Below are positions 59,146-64,000 of a stretch of DNA of 64,000 nt, in pieces. A program made the position numbers and the translations under genes. Every line of letters begins with the position of its first letter. The stretch's first letter is position 1. Source of the stretch: Paramuribaculum sp. (GTDB lineage: Bacteria > Bacteroidota > Bacteroidia > Bacteroidales > Muribaculaceae); the NCBI GenBank assembly GCA_045602165.1, contig JAZSAZ010000008.1:61152-125151 (forward strand), read 5' to 3'. The notes under the pieces were generated by a model. The model worked only from the letters and a program-made list of their open reading frames with translations, had not been told where the DNA came from and made no database searches.

Positions 59146-60855
59146 TTATAATTTTTTTATGCCAAGCACTTCAGTTGACAATTCTCCAAGATTATCACAT
59201 TTCGTCATAATGCCGGTTTGGATTTTCACAAAATCAATAGACTCAAGATTAACTGTTGAGCCGTTTGGCAACACTGCATTAGAAATCTTGAACCCAATCC
59301 ACACACCGGCGCCACCATGAGTGTCGCCATCTAGCAAATCCGATCCCAAGTTATCGGCATAGCCCCAATCAAACGGATTGTTTGACCACATACCGGTCAC
59401 CGGATGTTTTTCATTTCGCGGTGGAAGTTGAGAGCCAAAAAGGGTGTAAGATTCCGCTTCAACCCACACCGGATAATAAGATGGCTGATCATGCACTCCC
59501 GCCAAATAATCTATTGTTCCAACCATTCCATAAATATCACTCCACTGCACCGCCATCGCATCACCGGCAGGCTTATAATAGGTGACAGAATACACACTTG
59601 AAGAGCCATTGTCGGTGAAATCACTTCCGCGAAGTTCATACCACGCATCATCAGGCTCTCCATTGCCATTAACATCTTGCATCACCCACACAATCCCAGG
59701 CTCACTCGACCCGGTGATGGCATTGCCCATTATAGCAAAGTCATAATCTCCTCCACTGTTTGAAACACTGTTATTGAACTTTGCAATCAAATAACCGCCC
59801 CATGCACCAAGCGAAACAAACTTACCGGAATCCATTCTATCATTGGCCCAATTTATAGCCGCCTCATGAGTTGAAATCTCAGTGGGCATCCCACCAATAC
59901 TGCTATTTTCACCGATAAACTGCCCCGGCGCAGGCAAATATTCAATAATCGAAGCTACAGAAGAAACACCATCACTAATAGTGGCTTTTTCCGCAACATT
60001 TATAATCATAGATGCCACTACCCCTTGAGCTTCAACACAAATAGTATATCGCCCCGCCTTTTCAGCTGAAAAAACGAACAATGCTCCTCTACAGTCTGCA
60101 CTCTCACCATTAACACTCCATTTAAGTTCTTCAGCCTTAACATTCTCCCCTACTACAGACAGAGCCACCGGACGGCCAACAATAGTGGTTCGCACATTTT
60201 CCGAATATAACGCAGACAATGGCATAAAATTCAATTTTACAGGAAGTTCCTCTACAACTTTTACACGAAACTCCTTTTCTGCCACACCGGCACTATTCGC
60301 TGCTCGAATCACAATAGAATATTCGCCACATACATCGCGGCAAAACTCAAATGATTCTCCTTCAGCCATTTTTTCGCCATCAACAAGCCAATCAACAGTC
60401 AAGGTCTCCCCCACAGTCACATTACCAAAAAGAGGCTTAAAAGTGTAACTCGAACTCTTCAATATTGTTAGCCCGTCAATCGGTAAAGCTAAAGAGATTG
60501 CCGGAGGCATCGGGGCCGTTACATCAATTCGCACCTCCTCACGGTCCACTCCGGCCGGATTTGACACCGTGAGCAACACATAGTGTTGCCCTGCAAGATT
60601 CCAAGTATGAGTCCACACCGGCCCCCTACACACCACAGTTCCATCATCGAGAGTCCACACATATTCAGCCCCGATTCCATTTTCCACCTCAGGCGCAAGA
60701 GTCAACACATCTCCAAGATTCACCTCATAGATGCCATCTTCGTGACTAAAAGTTATAATAGGCTTGTCGCCCACGGTAAACACATCATCCTTGTTGCATG
60801 CAGTAAGGCCCACAAAAAAAGTCACTATAACTGCCCAAAATAGAATTCGCTTCAT
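59146..60855 (-). CDS. PKD/Ig-repeat surface lipoprotein with a C-terminal BtuH-like B12-binding domain
   Basis: Lipobox LTAC followed by NKDD; PKD-like repeats; EYLPAPGQFI, VSLGAWGGY, SEPGIVWVMQDVNGNGEPDD and WGYADN. Confidence 0.78.
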   Translation of the reverse strand: MKRILFWAVIVTFFVGLTACNKDDVFTVGDKPIITFSHEDGIYEVNLGDVLTLAPEVENGIGAEYVWTLDDGTVVCRGPVWTHTWNLAGQHYVLLTVSNPAGVDREEVRIDVTAPMPPAISLALPIDGLTILKSSSYTFKPLFGNVTVGETLTVDWLVDGEKMAEGESFEFCRDVCGEYSIVIRAANSAGVAEKEFRVKVVEELPVKLNFMPLSALYSENVRTTIVGRPVALSVVGENVKAEELKWSVNGESADCRGALFVFSAEKAGRYTICVEAQGVVASMIINVAEKATISDGVSSVASIIEYLPAPGQFIGENSSIGGMPTEISTHEAAINWANDRMDSGKFVSLGAWGGYLIAKFNNSVSNSGGDYDFAIMGNAITGSSEPGIVWVMQDVNGNGEPDDAWYELRGSDFTDNGSSSVYSVTYYKPAGDAMAVQWSDIYGMVGTIDYLAGVHDQPSYYPVWVEAESYTLFGSQLPPRNEKHPVTGMWSNNPFDWGYADNLGSDLLDGDTHGGAGVWIGFKISNAVLPNGSTVNLESIDFVKIQTGIMTKCDNLGELSTEVLGIKKL

Positions 60856-60876
60856 ACTTAAAACCATAAAACGTCG

Positions 60877-60884
60877 CAAAAATA
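60877..60884 (-). promoter_or_regulatory. -7 promoter box (TATTTTTG) for the btuH-like gene
   Basis: Consensus match about 22 nt from ATG 60855. Confidence 0.6.
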
Positions 60885-60924
60885 TACATTTACCAACAAA
60901 AAACCACAGAAAAGAGTCATAATA

Positions 60925-60956
60925 TTTGGTTGTTACACAAAAAATTTGTTACTTTG
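60925..60956 (+). promoter_or_regulatory. rpmB operon promoter (-33 TTTG and -7 variant TTACTTTG)
   Basis: 20-nt spacer between the elements. Confidence 0.65.
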
Positions 60957-60962
60957 CACTCT

Positions 60963-61041
60963 GTTTCGTGGCTCATCCTGTAAAGCTGTTAAAAATGATG
61001 CGCTTAGCAGTGATATGAGACTGAGATGGCGGCCATGAAAC
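60963..61041 (+). ncRNA. Structured 5' leader upstream of rpmB (unassigned)
   Basis: Closing stem GTTTCGTGGC/GCCATGAAAC encloses CTGTAAAGC/GCTTAGCAG and CTCAT/ATGAG helices. Confidence 0.45.
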
Positions 61042-61093
61042 GCAATAGGTTAACAAAACATTAACATTAACAGAGCTAAGTAAACAAACAGCC

Positions 61094-61351
61094 ATGTCAA
61101 AGATTTGTCAAATTACAGGCAAGAAAGCGATGGTAGGCAACAACGTTAGCCACTCAAAACGTCGCACAAAACGCAAATTTAATGTAAACCTTTTCACCAA
61201 GAAATTTTTCTGGGTAGAACAGCAGATGTGGATCTCATTGACCATTTCAGCTAATGGATTGCGTATTATCAACAAAAACGGCCTCGATGCTGCCATCAAA
61301 GAAGCAGCTAAAAAGGGTTATTTAACTGAAATCAAATATTTAGAATTCTAA
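61094..61351 (+). CDS. rpmB: 50S ribosomal protein L28
   Basis: [31 protein letters not shown]. Confidence 0.98.
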   Translation: MSKICQITGKKAMVGNNVSHSKRRTKRKFNVNLFTKKFFWVEQQMWISLTISANGLRIINKNGLDAAIKEAAKKGYLTEIKYLEF

Positions 61352-61355
61352 GAAG

Positions 61356-61544
61356 ATGGCAAAGAAAGCTAAAGGTAATCGTGTGCAGGTGATTCTCGAA
61401 TGCACAGAGCATAAAGCAAGTGGTATGCCCGGCACTTCTCGTTATATTACAACAAAGAACCGCAAAAACACCACTGAGCGTCTTGAGCTCAAGAAATACA
61501 ACCCTATCCTCAAAAAAGTAACTGTTCACAAAGAAATTAAATAA
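61356..61544 (+). CDS. rpmG: 50S ribosomal protein L33
   Basis: [10 protein letters not shown]...[22 protein letters not shown]. Confidence 0.97.
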   Translation: MAKKAKGNRVQVILECTEHKASGMPGTSRYITTKNRKNTTERLELKKYNPILKKVTVHKEIK

Positions 61545-61556
61545 TAATCACCCGAT

Positions 61557-61706
61557 ATGGCAAAGAAAACCGTTGCATCATTGCAAAAAGGCGAAGGCCG
61601 CACCTACAGCAAGGTCATCAAAGTGGTGAAATCGCCCAAAACAGGCGCCTACACATTCCAGGAACAAATGGTTCACAACGACCTCGTTCAGGAAACATTG
61701 AAATAA
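61557..61706 (+). CDS. DUF4295-family small protein (49 aa, below the ORF-track cutoff)
   Basis: Manual translation: MAKKTVASLQKGEGRTYSKVIKVVKSPKTGAYTFQEQMVHNDLVQETLK; directly after rpmG. Confidence 0.88.
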   Translation: MAKKTVASLQKGEGRTYSKVIKVVKSPKTGAYTFQEQMVHNDLVQETLK

Positions 61707-61748
61707 TAGGCTAGCCGAATTTTCGCAGAAATTCTTTAAATCTCTAGA

Positions 61749-61790
61749 TTGGGAGTGGTTGTCAAAAAAACAGCCACTCCCAAATATTTT
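61749..61790 (+). terminator. Terminator of the rpmB-rpmG-DUF4295 operon
   Basis: TTGGGAGTGGTTG pairs with CAGCCACTCCCAA, followed by ATATTTTT. Confidence 0.8.
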
Positions 61791-61867
61791 TATAGGCTTG
61801 CACAAATTTGAATAATTAGAGTTTTAAACTTGCTTGAAAATAATTTGGCAGTAAAAACTCTTTTTCT

Positions 61868-61875
61868 TACATTTG
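61868..61875 (+). promoter_or_regulatory. -7 promoter box (TACATTTG)
   Basis: Consensus match containing the TTG used by the ORF caller. Confidence 0.7.
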
Positions 61876-61890
61876 CTAAAAATCAATATT

Positions 61891-63312
61891 ATGAGAAGAA
61901 TACTTTTTATCCTATTGGCATCCATGCTTTCAGTGGGCGCAATGGATGCCGACGCTCAAAGTTTCTTGAAAAAAATCAAGAAAGCGGTGAAAACCGAAGT
62001 TGAAAACCAGTCAAAGAAAACGAAAAAGCAGTTCAAGAAAAGCAACAATATCTCTGCCACACAATCCAACAGTTCGCAAGCCACTTCGCAATCAAAAGGC
62101 AAAATATCAACCAAAACAGCAAGAGTCGATATTGGCCAAATTGCCCCCATTATTGAATATGGTCCGCTTTCGGGACAAGTGAATGGCCACAAATGGGTGG
62201 ATATGGGCCTCCCCTCCGGAACTCGATGGGCAACATGCAATGTTGGAGCCACTGCTCCCGAACAACCCGGCAAACACTATTCATGGGGTGAAACAACCAC
62301 AAAAGCAACCTACACTCAAGCCAATACTAAGACCTATGGTAAAGATGTTGCTGATTTTTCAAGCAACAAGACTCAAGATGTGGCCACACTTAAGTGGGGT
62401 AAAGGGTGGCGTATGCCCACACAAGAAGAATTTAGCGAGTTGGTACATTATTGCCATTGGAAATATGTGAAAAAAGGTGGTCGCTGGGGAGCTGAAATAA
62501 CAAGCCCTGTAACCAAAAATTCAATTTTCCTACCCGCAACCGGAGCAAAAGATGGCTCAAAAGTGATTGAAGCAAGTGGATGCGGAATGTATTGGACATC
62601 AACGCCACACAAAGACTCCTACAACAATGGCGCACACGACTATCATTTTGGTGGCGCACTTGGAGAAATGGGGATTGCCGAACGATATTATGGACAGGCC
62701 GTTCGCCCGGTTACAGACTACAATGTTAACACAGAAATCCCATCAAATGGCGAAATCAACGGCCACAAATGGGTGGATTTAGGACTTCCATCAGGACTTA
62801 AATGGGCCACATGCAATGTTGGGACCGATGTTGTGGACCAGAGTGGCAATCACTATAAATGGGGTGAAACTTCCACATTCCAAGACAAGGGTTCAAAGAA
62901 AAACGAATTGTACGGAACAGAAGTAACTACTGAAATTTCAGGCAATCCGCAATATGATGCTGCTCGCGCCGAATGGGGAGGGACTTGGAGGATACCAACC
63001 CTGGCCGAATTTAACGAACTGATAGAAAACTGCACATGGGAGTGGACAAGTATCGGACGACGTAAAGGGGTAAAAGTCACTAGCAAGCACAATGGCAACT
63101 ACATTTTCTTGCCAGCCGCCGGCATTTGCAATAATTACACATATACCTACGGTCGCGCCGATGACATCAATGAGAGTGCTATGTATTGGACCTCAACACC
63201 GTCACAAGCACATCCATCACACTACACCTTCAGATTGTCAATTACAAACATCGCGTTCACAACATCAAGTTCGCGCACCGAAGGATTAAGCATTCGGCCG
63301 GTATCTGATTAA
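61891..63312 (+). CDS. Secreted protein with two tandem DUF1566/Fibrobacter-major-paralog-like domains
   Basis: Signal peptide; NGHKWVD(M/L)GLPSG..WATCNVG, WG..WR.PT..EF.EL, IFLPA.G, YWTSTP and RPV each occur twice. Confidence 0.82.
   Translation: MRRILFILLASMLSVGAMDADAQSFLKKIKKAVKTEVENQSKKTKKQFKKSNNISATQSNSSQATSQSKGKISTKTARVDIGQIAPIIEYGPLSGQVNGHKWVDMGLPSGTRWATCNVGATAPEQPGKHYSWGETTTKATYTQANTKTYGKDVADFSSNKTQDVATLKWGKGWRMPTQEEFSELVHYCHWKYVKKGGRWGAEITSPVTKNSIFLPATGAKDGSKVIEASGCGMYWTSTPHKDSYNNGAHDYHFGGALGEMGIAERYYGQAVRPVTDYNVNTEIPSNGEINGHKWVDLGLPSGLKWATCNVGTDVVDQSGNHYKWGETSTFQDKGSKKNELYGTEVTTEISGNPQYDAARAEWGGTWRIPTLAEFNELIENCTWEWTSIGRRKGVKVTSKHNGNYIFLPAAGICNNYTYTYGRADDINESAMYWTSTPSQAHPSHYTFRLSITNIAFTTSSSRTEGLSIRPVSD
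62179..63306 (+). repeat. Intragenic domain duplication (about 576-nt / 192-aa period)
   Basis: Repeat starts at 62179 and 62755. Confidence 0.85.
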
Positions 63313-63325
63313 ACAAAGTTTTCAC

Positions 63326-63368
63326 ATAATAATAAAGAGCAACCCTTTGGGTTGCTCTTTATTATTAT
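63326..63368. terminator. Perfect 20-bp bidirectional terminator
   Basis: ATAATAATAAAGAGCAACCC, TTT loop, GGGTTGCTCTTTATTATTAT. Confidence 0.88.
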
Positions 63369-63430
63369 AGCAAATGCCAATCATCATAGCGTTCTCTCTC
63401 CTTTTCGAGCTTATCGATTTGGGTTAACAC

Positions 63431-63676
63431 TCAATCGTATTCCTCAGGATCTTCATCGCAAAGATCGAGTTGCTCGTCAAGCTCGTCTATTTGCTCAGAC
63501 AGTTCATCATATCGCGACAATCTTTCCATATCTAAGTCATTGAAAAAACACGGTTTACCCAATGGTTCTTCCAAAGACTCCTCTTTAGGCGACGACTTCT
63601 CAGAAAGCAAATTGAAAATGGATTTAAACACAAAATATCCACCCCAGAAATTGACGAAACGATTAAACAAACCCAT
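63431..63676 (-). CDS. Small hypothetical protein (amphipathic N-terminus, acidic coiled-coil C-terminus)
   Basis: 81 aa with an ATG start; ends upstream of the bidirectional terminator. Confidence 0.65.
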   Translation of the reverse strand: MGLFNRFVNFWGGYFVFKSIFNLLSEKSSPKEESLEEPLGKPCFFNDLDMERLSRYDELSEQIDELDEQLDLCDEDPEEYD

Positions 63677-63721
63677 AGCTACAGATTTTTTTCAACAAAA
63701 AAACTATTATGCAACAAACAT

Positions 63722-63784
63722 TTAGGGATTTCTCACCAAATCAATAACCCAACCAATGAAGCCAACAGCAAGAAGAATAGACAT
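63722..63784 (-). CDS. Putative 20-aa hydrophobic micropeptide MSILLAVGFIGWVIDLVRNP
   Basis: Manual translation; ATG with an A/T-rich upstream region; first ORF after a TAACTTTG box. Confidence 0.4.
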   Translation of the reverse strand: MSILLAVGFIGWVIDLVRNP

Positions 63785-63822
63785 AACTTAACTTATTTAA
63801 TGGTTAATATTGTTTTACACCA

Positions 63823-63830
63823 CAAAGTTA
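63823..63830 (-). promoter_or_regulatory. -7 promoter box (TAACTTTG) overlapped by an ATGGTTAA-N20-TTAACCAT inverted repeat (63800-63835)
   Basis: Read directly from the sequence. Confidence 0.55.
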
Positions 63831-64000
63831 ACCATAGTGTGAGCAGTATTTTTGCCCATAAAACACATTTATAGTTAAAACAAAAAAATCATTGTACTTC
63901 TTCACAGATGCACAATGATTTCCTACAAGATAAATGCTATCTTCGTTTATCTAAATGTAAAAACTATAGAATAAAAAGCCATTCAATTTATATCCCAAAC

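Noticed and set aside
54830-60855. G/T-rich codon appearance of the btu genes as a sign of horizontal transfer
   Set aside because: Other minus-strand genes (tig, mutS2, the BSH-family gene) look similarly biased by eye, so strand compositional skew is the simpler explanation. No integrase, IS or flanking direct repeats were seen, and skew was not computed.
60963-61041. SRP (4.5S) RNA call for the structured element before rpmB
   Set aside because: The conserved helix-8 GNRA tetraloop and CAGG internal-loop motif are not evident; it is kept only as an unassigned leader.
450-61875. TTG or otherwise extended starts in the ORF track (450, 4638, 21773, 49262, 49420, 60879, 61873)
   Set aside because: These starts lie inside or upstream of -7-type promoter boxes (TAnnTTTG or a close variant), so downstream ATG/GTG starts were used.
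522-63725. The many 60-165 aa antisense or out-of-frame ORFs inside housekeeping genes
   Set aside because: They are shadow ORFs of well-conserved genes, with no recognisable motifs or independent expression signals.
1-64000. CRISPR arrays, tRNA/rRNA genes, IS elements, prophage or defence genes
   Set aside because: No repeat-spacer periodicity, tRNA cloverleaf or T-loop signatures, transposase/integrase motifs or phage genes were seen; intergenic gaps are short and explained by promoters and terminators.

Overview
This is a chromosomal window from a Bacteroidales bacterium, plausibly Muribaculaceae-like. Evidence for the taxon: TAnnTTTG -7 promoter boxes precede most transcription units, Shine-Dalgarno sites are almost absent, and Bacteroidales-specific families are present. 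It is mostly gene-dense housekeeping DNA: partial maeB, a DEAD-box helicase, an NCS2 permease, thiD, a ThiE-like gene, ilvA, a Fur-family gene, purA, DUF1015, purL, purF, etfBA with an acyl-CoA dehydrogenase, tig, a secreted bile-salt-hydrolase-family enzyme, mlaEF, prfA, pyrF, pgk, feoAB, mutS2, Lrp with metY-metF-metH, nrdJ, malQ, and rpmB-rpmG-DUF4295. A vitamin B12 uptake locus (btuH-like, cobalamin riboswitch, btuJ-like, btuG, btuB) lies at 54830-60855. I saw no tRNA, rRNA, IS, prophage or CRISPR array. The strongest lead is a tight three-gene unit at 28595-33210: a GH29 alpha-L-fucosidase, cutC, and a secreted transglutaminase-fold protein. The catalytic motifs of that protein (GRCGEE / NHAWVE / RWVFLGACE) closely parallel eukaryotic peptide:N-glycanase (Png1/NGLY1), which suggests an uncharacterised glycoprotein de-N-glycosylation module. 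Other leads are a PurF lacking its catalytic Cys1, a catalytically eroded ThiE, a DUF3127 protein ending in an SSB-like DEDIPF tail, a cobalamin riboswitch whose switching helices can be read from the sequence, a structured rpmB leader, a palindromic operator before feoAB, and a promoter-backed 20-aa hydrophobic ORF. All family assignments come from motif recognition; no database searches were run.
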